This document shows, piece after piece, positions 1-9,072 of a stretch of 64,000 nucleotides of DNA; the first letter of the stretch is position 1; each line of letters opens with the position of its first letter. The stretch lies in the IMG/VR virus record IMGVR_UViG_3300027865_000006, one strand, 5' to 3'. The position numbers and the translations under genes are program-made. The notes beneath the pieces were generated by a model, which did no database searches, was not told the DNA's origin, and was given only the letters and a program-made list of their open reading frames with translations. This DNA is from an uncultured virus (IMG/VR IMGVR_UViG_3300027865_000006) (taxonomy: Duplodnaviria; Heunggongvirae; Uroviricota; Caudoviricetes).

Positions 1-2
1 CA

Positions 3-359
3 GAAACCCCCAAGCAGGTGCACTGGTATGAAACTATGATTCGAGCCGATTTAGCCTTGGAGCTCGAACCCTTCATGCCGGTGAACATCTCCGAGGATTA
101 CTACTGGCACCAAAACGCTGTGAGCCTCGCAGAAGCCCTTGGGCCGGACGCGATACATACCGTCGAATGGAGGGGCACTTACTCCAGCGCCAATCTATTC
201 CATACTACGAACATTGCTTGCAAAGATTTTGAGCAGGCTTGGAGTACTTCGCCAAATCGAGGTAAAAACGTGACTGCGATGGTAGATCGATTCCCCGAAG
301 AAGCCTTCATGGAGTTGTGTATGAGGATCTCTAACGCTCGTAACCAAGCCAGGTCATAG
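3..359 (+). CDS. Hypothetical protein, probably the 3' part of a gene running in from the left edge
   Basis: Frame is open from position 3 to the stop at 359; converges on the minus-strand block. Confidence 0.45.
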   Translation, partial: ETPKQVHWYETMIRADLALELEPFMPVNISEDYYWHQNAVSLAEALGPDAIHTVEWRGTYSSANLFHTTNIACKDFEQAWSTSPNRGKNVTAMVDRFPEEAFMELCMRISNARNQARS

Positions 360-1009
360 TCTTCCCGTGAACGTCCCAGAAGTGCTCTTCGATTTCGGGA
401 GTCATCTCGTCTTTCCATGAGCCTACAATTCCTCGCCTGAAGAAAGTGGGTTTGGCTTTGTGATATTTATCGAAGCTCGGGAGGGGGTCTTCGTTTATGA
501 TATCGAAAGATCCCCCTATCTTCTCCAGAGCAGCTTGCAGATACCTGGCCACAGTCCCCGCCTTTTGGTGCTCTAGCAGTTTTTCGTAGGTGATGAGCAC
601 GTACGGTTCTCGGCAAGGGCGACCACCGACCCACCAATAATAGAAGTCGCTCCATGCGCTGTGTCTGGCTCGACTGTACAGTAGTCTGCTGTACTCCGTA
701 GGCGCCTCTTTGACATCGATGGAGTAGTGAGCGTAACTCACAATAGCGTTCTCTGCCGTCCCTTACTAGCACTAAGGCGGGAAGAGCCTTGGCGTCGTGC
801 TGGTGAGTCTTCTGAGCAATCCCGACCGTACCACCTCGGGACGCGACAAGATTCTCAAGATCAGGTCTTTGGTAGTCGCGTTCGGCTGGGTGCTTGCGCA
901 GCACAACCTGATAATCCTCGCGAGTATCGATGTCAAAGTGATGCTCGAGCAGAAGCCTGGTCATGGTGTTGCCGGAACGTGGGTAGGACGCCAGGTAGAA
1001 CTCTCTCAT
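331..1009 (-). pseudogene. PAPS-dependent sulfotransferase with a one-base frameshift
   Basis: 5'-PSB motif ASYPRSGNT in ORF 467-1009; YEKL and FFRRGIVGSWK in ORF 331-741; removing one base at 749/750 restores LVRDGRDAIVSYAHY. Confidence 0.85.
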
Positions 1010-1662
1010 ATCAAGCCGCTTTCCTTGTGGATGAACATAGTGTCCTCACCGAGGTTGCCCCATAGCAGGTAGGGGCCTTTCTCAGTGAGCTTGTATTTCA
1101 GGTTCTTTGAGGGCCGTTCGATGCACAGGCACCGAACTAGGTAGTCAGAATACGGGAAGTCGGTGAGCACTGCATCTTCGGCTCCTTCGAGGTCGACACT
1201 CATGAAGTCGATAGGAGTTCCAGCCCACTGGAATAAGTAACTGTACTCATCCAATACACCTCGTAGCGTTCTAGTCTCCAGTTCAATCACGCGATTGTTA
1301 GCTTCGTCCTTTTGGAACGCTCGATGCACTTTGCGGGATTCTGCGGGATTTTTAACCTCCTCCTGGTAAACAATTCTACTCATCCACCCGTCACGAATCC
1401 AAAAATCCAATTTTTTGCCCTCTTCCCGCCACAGAAGAGCGTTTACATTGACGGTATTGCGTCGATTGAGTTGGAGACTTTGGAATGAAAATGGATTGGC
1501 TTCGACGAGCATTCCATTCCACCCATATTCCTCCTCGAGGAGCAGAGTATTCGAGAGATCTTTGCCGTTGCCGGCACCAAGCTCGACGAAGCTGAGATTC
1601 TTGGCGCCGCCAAAAAGCTCGACGACAACCCGATCTTGGCCATTCTGAGAATAAGTGATCAT
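1006..1662 (-). CDS. FkbM-family methyltransferase
   Basis: YSQNGQD start, FVELGAGNGKDLSNT, GMLVEANP, IDFMSVDLEGAE motifs; ATGA coupling to the upstream gene. Confidence 0.85.
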   Translation of the reverse strand: MITYSQNGQDRVVVELFGGAKNLSFVELGAGNGKDLSNTLLLEEEYGWNGMLVEANPFSFQSLQLNRRNTVNVNALLWREEGKKLDFWIRDGWMSRIVYQEEVKNPAESRKVHRAFQKDEANNRVIELETRTLRGVLDEYSYLFQWAGTPIDFMSVDLEGAEDAVLTDFPYSDYLVRCLCIERPSKNLKYKLTEKGPYLLWGNLGEDTMFIHKESGLI

Positions 1663-2345
1663 AAAGGACGCTCCAATTGAATACACATGAGTCTATGCTC
1701 CGTGTGTTGCTGCGCTATAGACCAGTGAGTGTAGTGTACTACGGGAGCTTTCTTCCAGCCAAGCGAGCCGTACATATGGCACCAAGGTTCATAGTGCCAG
1801 GTAAGCGGTCCTACGTGAGTGCCGTGGTAGTGCAGGAGCAATTGATCTGTGCATTCTTGGCGAAGCTTAAAGCACCTGTAGTCCCAAGAGTGCTCACCCT
1901 CATAATCCCTAATAAGTCCTATGACATTATACAGAGCTGTTTCATCAATCATGCAGGGCGTTGGCGGGCACAGTCCTGAAGGGGCGTCAAAAGTGAACTG
2001 ATCTCTACCGTGATACCGGCCAGGCTTGAGCTCTTGCGCAGGGAAACTGTAATTAATCATGTCATAGTCGATAAGTAATCCACCTTGATTGACCATATCC
2101 AGCGCTAGCCAGCGGTAATAGGAGCAACGTTGCCAAGCGGCGGTCATTGGAGTCGGCGAGCCTAGCACTAAGTATTCGTTTCTCTGAACCATTCCAAAAG
2201 CGTGATGCGTCTCCGCGTCTTCTCGAGTGAGCACGTGGAAAGTCCAGCCTTGCTTCTCCCAGCTTTCTCGGCACAGCTCGAGCAAAGCGCGCTCTTCAGC
2301 GAACACACCGGGCAAATCCTCAAAGTATACATATACATCAGACAT
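1659..2345 (-). CDS. Glycosyltransferase-like protein (GT-A, DxD)
   Basis: CRESWEKQGW, YYRWLAL, GGLLIDYDMIN (DxD) pattern; glycan-gene context. Confidence 0.6.
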   Translation of the reverse strand: MSDVYVYFEDLPGVFAEERALLELCRESWEKQGWTFHVLTREDAETHHAFGMVQRNEYLVLGSPTPMTAAWQRCSYYRWLALDMVNQGGLLIDYDMINYSFPAQELKPGRYHGRDQFTFDAPSGLCPPTPCMIDETALYNVIGLIRDYEGEHSWDYRCFKLRQECTDQLLLHYHGTHVGPLTWHYEPWCHMYGSLGWKKAPVVHYTHWSIAQQHTEHRLMCIQLERPL

Positions 2346-3051
2346 TACGACCCCCTATTTCTCCAGTGCGGATAAGCACTTTTAGATTGAACCATGCGTT
2401 GCGTGCTGTGAGCGCCTCACTACTGAGATCCTCCCAAGCCCCACGATGCAGGGGGTGGTAGGCGTGCTTATCGCTCAAAGTCTCAACCTGGAACTGTTGA
2501 GCAAGTGCAGCACTGAGGTGAATTGCGGCAGTATCCCACCAAGGCTCACCAATAAGCATTTCCTTGGGATAGTGCTTTCGGAGTACTTCCCACGCTTTCG
2601 GGCGTACGAACCATCCATCGGCTGAAATTCCAGCATTCACAGGCATGCTCTTGAAGGTTTCTTGGAGCATGCCTTGCTCGCTCACCGCATTCAATAATGT
2701 GAGGGCGTCTACATCATTGCGCGAGAGCAATATTATATCAGCTTTCGATTCAGCTAAGGCCTGCATTCCGACGAATGAGAGTACGATGTCAGAGTTCATG
2801 AGACCTACTGGCCGGTCGGTGCACCCGAGTGCTTCGACAGCGTAATCCATGAGGTCTCGGATACGCGGCAATTTGCGCGGACCTACGAGGTCAATGTGGT
2901 CCATTTTCTCGCTCTGGTACCACACAGGTAAGAACTCACTGAAGCAAGTATTGCGCGCCAGGTAGTGAAGCCTACGCGACGCTATTTCACTGCGCTCCAG
3001 CGCACCGGGGTCGCACGTATTCGGCAGTTTCTCGAACAGTACTATGGTCAT
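2338..3051 (-). CDS. Glycosyltransferase-like protein
   Basis: LPRIRDL, VGLMNSDIV and GEPWWD motifs; context. Confidence 0.5.
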   Translation of the reverse strand: MTIVLFEKLPNTCDPGALERSEIASRRLHYLARNTCFSEFLPVWYQSEKMDHIDLVGPRKLPRIRDLMDYAVEALGCTDRPVGLMNSDIVLSFVGMQALAESKADIILLSRNDVDALTLLNAVSEQGMLQETFKSMPVNAGISADGWFVRPKAWEVLRKHYPKEMLIGEPWWDTAAIHLSAALAQQFQVETLSDKHAYHPLHRGAWEDLSSEALTARNAWFNLKVLIRTGEIGGRNV

Positions 3052-3112
3052 GATTATCCTCCCTTGCGGGGAGGCTATCACGCTGATTTGAGGGGGTCAA
3101 TTCGGGAGTGAA

Positions 3113-3361
3113 TTACTTACACTTGGAGGTTTTGACAAACTTCGTACCGCCGCCACGAGTTTTGCACATACAGCGTTTGCCGACTTTTTTCAGTCTGCGC
3201 ATTTTGAGGGTTCCGGGCAGACAAGCAGCCTTGGCTGATTTCCGCTTGGTGGCTTTCCGCTTCTTGGTTCCGGTTTTCAGGCCACAGCGAGAGTTCTTCG
3301 CCAATTTGCCCGAGCAGAAACAACGTTTGTGAGATCGAACTGATACTTTCTTACAAGCCAT
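3113..3361 (-). CDS. Small Lys/Arg- and Cys-rich basic protein (candidate DNA-condensing protein)
   Basis: 82 aa, very basic, CxC motifs, Shine-Dalgarno GGAG upstream. Confidence 0.65.
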   Translation of the reverse strand: MACKKVSVRSHKRCFCSGKLAKNSRCGLKTGTKKRKATKRKSAKAACLPGTLKMRRLKKVGKRCMCKTRGGGTKFVKTSKCK

Positions 3362-3365
3362 GATA

Positions 3366-5642
3366 TTACTCCGTGAGGGCTACGAGTACCGCAGCGCCAG
3401 TTACGGCTGTGCCAGCAATTACAGCAGGTACAAGCCAAGTTGGTTTTTTGCCCGTGTAGGCATCTATTTCAGCCTGCGAAACCAGGCCCTCTTCAACTGC
3501 TTTGTGTGCAGATTGTTCAATGCTATTACGAGTTATGCCGATACCTATCTGAGCCAAATTGGCGATACCTGCATACTTCCCGCGAGAGTTCACTACTTCT
3601 CTAAGGACCGGCACAACTGCTGAGTTGCCCGTAGTCTCGGCCACCTGGAGAAGTAGAGATAGTTTGGCCATAGGCATCTTGTGCGCTGCCTGCGCGATGA
3701 CCATTCTGCGCATTTTCGCCGACTTCTTGAACTTCTTGTGCCACTCCGGGTAATCGATGGCTTCATCTTTCCATCGCCGTGCTGGAGCCTTCGTCCATCG
3801 AGAACGCTCCGCTGGCGTAGACTCTAACCACAGTTGCGCCATATCATTGTAACGCGCTCGAGCGGCTAGACCAATATGAGCGATCATCCATTCGCCCATA
3901 AATGACTGCGCTGCGCCGGTCGCCCCAAAGCTGAATTTAGGGGGCACGAAAAGACGTCCCTTGAGCGACTGAGCAGGCTTCGTGATTGAAGCAGTACTTT
4001 GCCTCGCCCGAGCTTCGGCATCGGCTTGGGCCTTGATAGCGGCTTTACCTGCTCGGCTCCGAGCGTCGACTACGAGCGCACTGCGCTTATCGGGATCTTG
4101 TAGGTTCGATACGGTCGTTTGGAAGGACTTCGTAGTACTGGTAACGAGATCCTTGTATTTATTGACCTTACGCATAGCGACACGCTGGGCAATCTTATCC
4201 GCGCTCTGGAACGCTTCCATTGCGCGTCTTTGGTAGCTGTCGGTTTCTTTAACAGCCCACGATTGTAAATCGCTGACCTTATCTCCGAGAAGAGCTTTGA
4301 GATCTTCGGCATTCCACTCCTCCATATCGAAACTAAAATCTTCCATGTCAATGGCGCTGTAGACGTCATAGGCTTGCTTGCCCATCTCTACATAGCGATT
4401 GATTTTACGGAGATATTTGTCGACTGAATCGAGCAGTCCACTGATTTTGTTCGCGTTCTTGATAACCTTCTCAGCAGCCCAAGGCCTAGCCATGTACTTC
4501 TTCGAGCGCATATCGCTTGAACCGTACACGTAGGGGCCTTGTTGTCCTCGCGCTACGAGGTCAATTAGGTAGGGGGAGAATCGATTGAACGCCGTGGGCA
4601 TTGCAATAGACCAATCTGCCTTTTCGTCTAAAACCTCCAAGATATTCTTCAAGGTTTTAGCAGAGCCGGCAGGTAGCTTCGCGTTAGGAAGAAGGGGTAC
4701 TTCACCACTCGCGTACATGAAAAGAGCTTGAGAGCTTTGGGGCTCGTCAGCCGAACCACCGTAGTTGCCTTGCATGATAGGGTAGATAACCTTGAGAGCT
4801 TCCCCAATGGCTTTGACATAAGGTACTTCCACCTTGGAGAGTGCAGTAGCCACAGGTTGAATACAAGCCTTCTCAAGCATGCACATTGGCAGTCCAAGCA
4901 CGAGATCCCAAATCGCGTTAACAAACTCTCCCATAATCCGCTCGGCGGTCTCGTTGCCGTTCATCCGACGTACGAGCTTTTGAGCAGCTTTTCGAAGACC
5001 ACGACGACCTTTGCCGTAGTTCTTACCCATCATTTTACTAGCTTCCTTGAGATAAGGATCGAGGAGCTCCATTAGAGCCTCTTGAATGCCAATAATGATG
5101 GTATCTTGAGCCACGGAGGCCCCAGCACTGAGAACAACTTTAACGATGTCCAAGACATCGCGCCAGTCTTTGACCTTCGTGAAAGCGCGCAAAGAATCCT
5201 TCACTGCTTCTTCGAAACTGCCCCATCCACGGGAGGCAGCATCTTTGATTTTGCGACGAAGATCCTCATTGGTAGCCACTTGGTAAACAGCTTCAGAAGC
5301 GCCACCAGTCGCAACAGCTCCTGCAGCCCTACCGACTTTCTTCCAGATTCTCCTGGCCTTCTTGCTCATCTTGCCAGTAGGACCGACAACACCGACAAGG
5401 AGAGGTCGAAGATTTCTATCGGCTACACGTTGGTCCGCTCGAGCACTCGCAAGATACAAAGCAGTATTCTGTGATCGCTCGGAGTCAATACCCCTCGCAA
5501 CCATAGTGCGCTTCGTACTCACGTAATCCCTTACCGCCTCGTCCCCGCCATACCTACGCAAAGTAGGTATTACGATTCCTCTAAGTTGAGGATTCTGCGC
5601 GAGGGCGTAGAAGTTCGGAAAGGTGTGTAGAGCGGCATCCAT
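3366..5642 (-). CDS. Large putative virion protein with C-terminal membrane anchor
   Basis: Long ORF ending KKPTWLVPAVIAGTAVTGAAVLVALTE; start refined to MDAALH. Confidence 0.7.
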   Translation of the reverse strand: MDAALHTFPNFYALAQNPQLRGIVIPTLRRYGGDEAVRDYVSTKRTMVARGIDSERSQNTALYLASARADQRVADRNLRPLLVGVVGPTGKMSKKARRIWKKVGRAAGAVATGGASEAVYQVATNEDLRRKIKDAASRGWGSFEEAVKDSLRAFTKVKDWRDVLDIVKVVLSAGASVAQDTIIIGIQEALMELLDPYLKEASKMMGKNYGKGRRGLRKAAQKLVRRMNGNETAERIMGEFVNAIWDLVLGLPMCMLEKACIQPVATALSKVEVPYVKAIGEALKVIYPIMQGNYGGSADEPQSSQALFMYASGEVPLLPNAKLPAGSAKTLKNILEVLDEKADWSIAMPTAFNRFSPYLIDLVARGQQGPYVYGSSDMRSKKYMARPWAAEKVIKNANKISGLLDSVDKYLRKINRYVEMGKQAYDVYSAIDMEDFSFDMEEWNAEDLKALLGDKVSDLQSWAVKETDSYQRRAMEAFQSADKIAQRVAMRKVNKYKDLVTSTTKSFQTTVSNLQDPDKRSALVVDARSRAGKAAIKAQADAEARARQSTASITKPAQSLKGRLFVPPKFSFGATGAAQSFMGEWMIAHIGLAARARYNDMAQLWLESTPAERSRWTKAPARRWKDEAIDYPEWHKKFKKSAKMRRMVIAQAAHKMPMAKLSLLLQVAETTGNSAVVPVLREVVNSRGKYAGIANLAQIGIGITRNSIEQSAHKAVEEGLVSQAEIDAYTGKKPTWLVPAVIAGTAVTGAAVLVALTE

Positions 5643-5643
5643 A

Positions 5644-6090
5644 TTATCCACCGTAAGCCGAACCCATGGCGCTTGCGTCCATGGTGCCCTGTACTGAGAT
5701 GTTCTCGCCGCGTGCAGATACGTCAGCAAGTGTGGGTTGGTTCTTTGGTTTCGGTGTCGGTATGGCTGTTACTTCACCGGCATACCCGCCGACTGGTGCC
5801 TCGAGGGGAAGGCCCATTGTCGGACCCATGGTGCTCATAGGCTCCGGGAGGGTCATATCAGCGGGACCGGGAAGGGCCTTGTTTGTCCCCTCGAGAACCT
5901 TCATGGCCAGCGACCGAGCAACGTACCCACCAAGCCAGCCGGCACCACTGTACATAGCGACGTGCTGAATCTTGGGGGATTTGCCTTTGCTGGCCATACG
6001 CGCGGTACCCCATGCCGTGGCCGTGATGGAAGTCACGATTGGAACGCCCTGGCGTAGGATCTCTATGACTGCATCACTCAACCACAGCAT
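5644..6090 (-). CDS. Putative membrane-associated virion protein
   Basis: Two hydrophobic Gly/Ala segments and a Pro-rich tail; tightly packed in the operon. Confidence 0.6.
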   Translation of the reverse strand: MLWLSDAVIEILRQGVPIVTSITATAWGTARMASKGKSPKIQHVAMYSGAGWLGGYVARSLAMKVLEGTNKALPGPADMTLPEPMSTMGPTMGLPLEAPVGGYAGEVTAIPTPKPKNQPTLADVSARGENISVQGTMDASAMGSAYGG

Positions 6091-6094
6091 TGCG

Positions 6095-6499
6095 TTATCC
6101 TATCAGTTGGCCGGAGACTGGATCTACGGCGTATCCACCAAGTTGAACGTCCAGGCCCTTGATTTGTTGTATGCTCAGACCAGACAGTTGCTGTGCGACA
6201 ATGCCAGCGACTGAAGGTTGCATAGTGATACCGGCCCAATCGGATTGATACACGCTACCGGCCAGCCCAGAGTACCCATCAGGGTTGGTGAGTTGCATCC
6301 GCTCGAGCATTCCTGGGAATACAGAAGCGCCAATCCAAGCCAAACCACCAGCGATGATCCCGCCGATTGCGCCAGTTGCTGCGCCAGCTCCCCAAGGGCC
6401 GTACCCTTTTTCACGGAGCGTTCCGTAGGTACCGTAACTGAGTGTTCCGGAAAGTGCGCCACCAGCGACGACAGTTAGAAATCCCAAAAATCCCATCAT
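6095..6499 (-). CDS. Gly-rich membrane protein
   Basis: Two hydrophobic segments; AGGAG RBS. Confidence 0.65.
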   Translation of the reverse strand: MMGFLGFLTVVAGGALSGTLSYGTYGTLREKGYGPWGAGAATGAIGGIIAGGLAWIGASVFPGMLERMQLTNPDGYSGLAGSVYQSDWAGITMQPSVAGIVAQQLSGLSIQQIKGLDVQLGGYAVDPVSGQLIG

Positions 6500-6510
6500 T
6501 TGCAATTCTC

Positions 6511-6678
6511 CTATTTCCTGCGCGGTGGCAGGGGTTTGATGTCGCTGGCGAGATAGCGATCATAAATTTCGTTTACTGCACGAAAGACGAAGACGCCGCC
6601 GACAAAGAGGATCACTTTCCCGAGGCCGTTTAAGTAGGCTTGAGAAACGCTTTGCGAACCTTCTTTACTCTTGTCCAT
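6511..6678 (-). CDS. Small single-TM protein (55 aa, not in ORF track)
   Basis: Translated by hand: MDKSKEGSQSVSQAYLNGLGKVILFVGGVFVFRAVNEIYDRYLASDIKPLPPRRK; fills the operon gap. Confidence 0.55.
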   Translation of the reverse strand: MDKSKEGSQSVSQAYLNGLGKVILFVGGVFVFRAVNEIYDRYLASDIKPLPPRRK

Positions 6679-7105
6679 CTTCTTCTTCCGTCTCTTCTAG
6701 TTCTTCGACTTCAGGTTCTTCTTCGGCACCCTCGAGGAGTTCAGGACCATCGAGTTCCTGGGTGGTCTCCATGTCTTCGTCACTCACGGTAACGACTTCC
6801 TGGCTGATTCCCCAGATGTACTCGCGGATGTCTTCCGGCGCGAACACAGCGCCTTTACCCACTAGGAGATGATCTCCATGGTAGGAAGCTGCTGTGTTGC
6901 CGTGCTCGAGTACTAGGCGGCCGAAAAGGACTTGTACGGCGGTAGAGCCCCGACATGGTTCCGCTGGATCAACTTTGCAGACATCTTGAAGCCAGCGAGC
7001 TAGCTCTGTGATGGCTGCCATTCGTGCACGATTTGGACGGGCTCTGAGTCTAAACATGTCTTCGATCCTCCTAGAGTGGACGCCCAATGCCATTGGCTGC
7101 CACAT
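6665..7105 (-). CDS. Hypothetical protein with acidic C-terminus
   Basis: ORF in operon orientation. Confidence 0.55.
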   Translation of the reverse strand: MWQPMALGVHSRRIEDMFRLRARPNRARMAAITELARWLQDVCKVDPAEPCRGSTAVQVLFGRLVLEHGNTAASYHGDHLLVGKGAVFAPEDIREYIWGISQEVVTVSDEDMETTQELDGPELLEGAEEEPEVEELEETEEEDGQE

Positions 7106-7379
7106 GTTCGTATCCGTGTTTGACCTGTTTGAGGCCTATTGCCTGGCTGAGATGTTGTTGCATCTCATCCGTTAGCCCCGAACCACCATCCACGAATTCG
7201 TGTACATCCACGTTCTTTCCCCGGTATCTCATTTGCTCGCCGAGCCACTTGAGAGACTGCTGACGAGAGTTGAGTTCACCGTAGCTACCGCCGCTGTACC
7301 AGCCTTGCTTGTAGGCGTAGAACCCCGCTGCAGCAGCACCGAGAAGAAGAAACAATCCGGCTACTTTTTTGGTATCCAT
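7071..7379 (-). CDS. N-terminally membrane-anchored protein
   Basis: KKVAGLFLLLGAAAAGFYAYK hydrophobic segment. Confidence 0.6.
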   Translation of the reverse strand: MDTKKVAGLFLLLGAAAAGFYAYKQGWYSGGSYGELNSRQQSLKWLGEQMRYRGKNVDVHEFVDGGSGLTDEMQQHLSQAIGLKQVKHGYEHVAANGIGRPL

Positions 7380-7383
7380 GATT

Positions 7384-7764
7384 TTACTTCTTGAACACGA
7401 GGTACAAGACCGCCGCGCCTGCTATTGCTGCCCCTGCGTAGAGGTAGGGTTTCATTTCGTCTTGAGCGCCCTTGGCTGCTTCACGACCGGCCATCATGGC
7501 TTGCTCTTGAACGAGGTTAGAGCCGCGTGTAGCAAGAGTTCCGCCCATTCGCTGCATGTCGCGAGCGAGGTTGTTCCATTGCTTCTTTGCTCGTTTGATT
7601 GCCAAGGGGTTGAGCGTTCGGATGCGATTGCCCAACTTGGTAGCGGTCTTGTAAGCACTACCAGCGCCTTGAGATGCTACGCGATTCGCCGCGCTTGCAA
7701 CATTCTTGAACGTGTCTAGTTCCAGTCCAGGGAGCGCGCCATACGCGCCAACATCTATCATCAT
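7384..7764 (-). CDS. Tail-anchored membrane protein
   Basis: C-terminal PYLYAGAAIAGAAVLYLVFKK; AGGAGG RBS. Confidence 0.65.
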   Translation of the reverse strand: MMIDVGAYGALPGLELDTFKNVASAANRVASQGAGSAYKTATKLGNRIRTLNPLAIKRAKKQWNNLARDMQRMGGTLATRGSNLVQEQAMMAGREAAKGAQDEMKPYLYAGAAIAGAAVLYLVFKK

Positions 7765-7849
7765 GATTCAGTCCTCCTGTTAGCACGTATATTTAGATTA
7801 TACCCCCGCCTGGGAGGAGGGTAGCAGACCGAAATATACAGTGTCAATG

Positions 7850-8476
7850 TCATATTACACCCAGAGCATCTTTTAAAACGCTTTTTGCCAATTCTATTCC
7901 GCCAGATCGAGTTAAATGCAGCCCATCTGCACCGAGCCCCGTGATTTTAGTGCTGTTTACCACTGAGCACGGAATAGGGTGTCTCTGGATGAAGGCATTT
8001 ACTTGCACGGTCTCGGCCTGCAATCGTCGCCCTTTAGTGTGCGTGCTCCACGGAGTCAAAGTCACCGCAGCAACCGGCACGTCTTGAGCATAAAGCGCCC
8101 TATAAATCTGGTTCAATTGCGCTTGCACGTAAGCTACTGTCTTTCCAGAAGCGAGATCATTCACACCACCCAAGAGTACCACTAGATCAGGAGTGTTCTG
8201 AGCAATGCGAGAGAGCCCCTCTTCGGCGATAAAAGCCAAACCCTTACCAGGGTATGAAAGTGTGGTGATCCGAGCTCCAGGGTACTTGGTGAGCATTACT
8301 TTACGGACAGTCTCGCGATAGCTTGCAGTACCAGTGATCGAATCTCCAAGGAGTACGATCCGAGGGGCAACCATAGTGCGCGGGAGGCAGTGAGCGTCAG
8401 CAGAGATCAAGTTGTAGAGCAAGAAAGACGCTCCCGCAGCTCCGACTAATGTGAAAAGTATCTTTGAATCAATCAT
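7850..8476 (-). CDS. SGNH/GDSL hydrolase with N-terminal TM
   Basis: LLGDSIT, G block (PGKG), GGVND, DGLH catalytic blocks. Confidence 0.9.
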   Translation of the reverse strand: MIDSKILFTLVGAAGASFLLYNLISADAHCLPRTMVAPRIVLLGDSITGTASYRETVRKVMLTKYPGARITTLSYPGKGLAFIAEEGLSRIAQNTPDLVVLLGGVNDLASGKTVAYVQAQLNQIYRALYAQDVPVAAVTLTPWSTHTKGRRLQAETVQVNAFIQRHPIPCSVVNSTKITGLGADGLHLTRSGGIELAKSVLKDALGVI

Positions 8477-9062
8477 AGACAGCCTCAGTGGTATCTGGTA
8501 GGCTGGCGTCACCCGGTGGGGTATTTAAACTTTCAAATAATCTCTGGAGTTCTTGAATCTGCTTCAAGACAGCTTTCGTCTTGTCGATAGGCTGTACTTC
8601 TGTCACTGGTTCCACTTGTGGACCTAACCAACCCATTTGGCCCGCAGTCGCTAAAGCAGCAGTAACGCCAGCAGAAATCACGGCAGTCAAAGCGATCATC
8701 CGGAAGATAGTGCCCCAGTCCTTCAAGTCTTTAAACGAAGGGCGTTTCGGCGGGATACTCGACCGAGGCGTACCGTGAACCGGAGTCCTCTTTCGGTGGT
8801 CGAAAGCCTGCCAACGTCCGGTTTGCTCATTCAATTGCCGGTCGTGATATCCAACTTGCTTTTGGAGCTGCTCAAAGCCTCTCAACGTCGGCAATTCCGC
8901 GCTGATTTTGTCGAGATTGTCAGTGAGCTTCGTAAGATTGGCTGTCTGTGTTTCTTGGATCGCTGCGAGGCGCTCAAGCCGCATACCCTGACGATTCACA
9001 TCCTTTTGGATGGTATCCAGCTTCGAAAGGAACTGGATGGTGATCGTAGAGGTATCAGGCAT
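8469..9062 (-). CDS. Coiled-coil membrane protein
   Basis: N-terminal heptad pattern then one TM; AGGAG RBS before MPDTS. Confidence 0.6.
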   Translation of the reverse strand: MPDTSTITIQFLSKLDTIQKDVNRQGMRLERLAAIQETQTANLTKLTDNLDKISAELPTLRGFEQLQKQVGYHDRQLNEQTGRWQAFDHRKRTPVHGTPRSSIPPKRPSFKDLKDWGTIFRMIALTAVISAGVTAALATAGQMGWLGPQVEPVTEVQPIDKTKAVLKQIQELQRLFESLNTPPGDASLPDTTEAVYD

Positions 9063-9072
9063 CACAGTTCTC

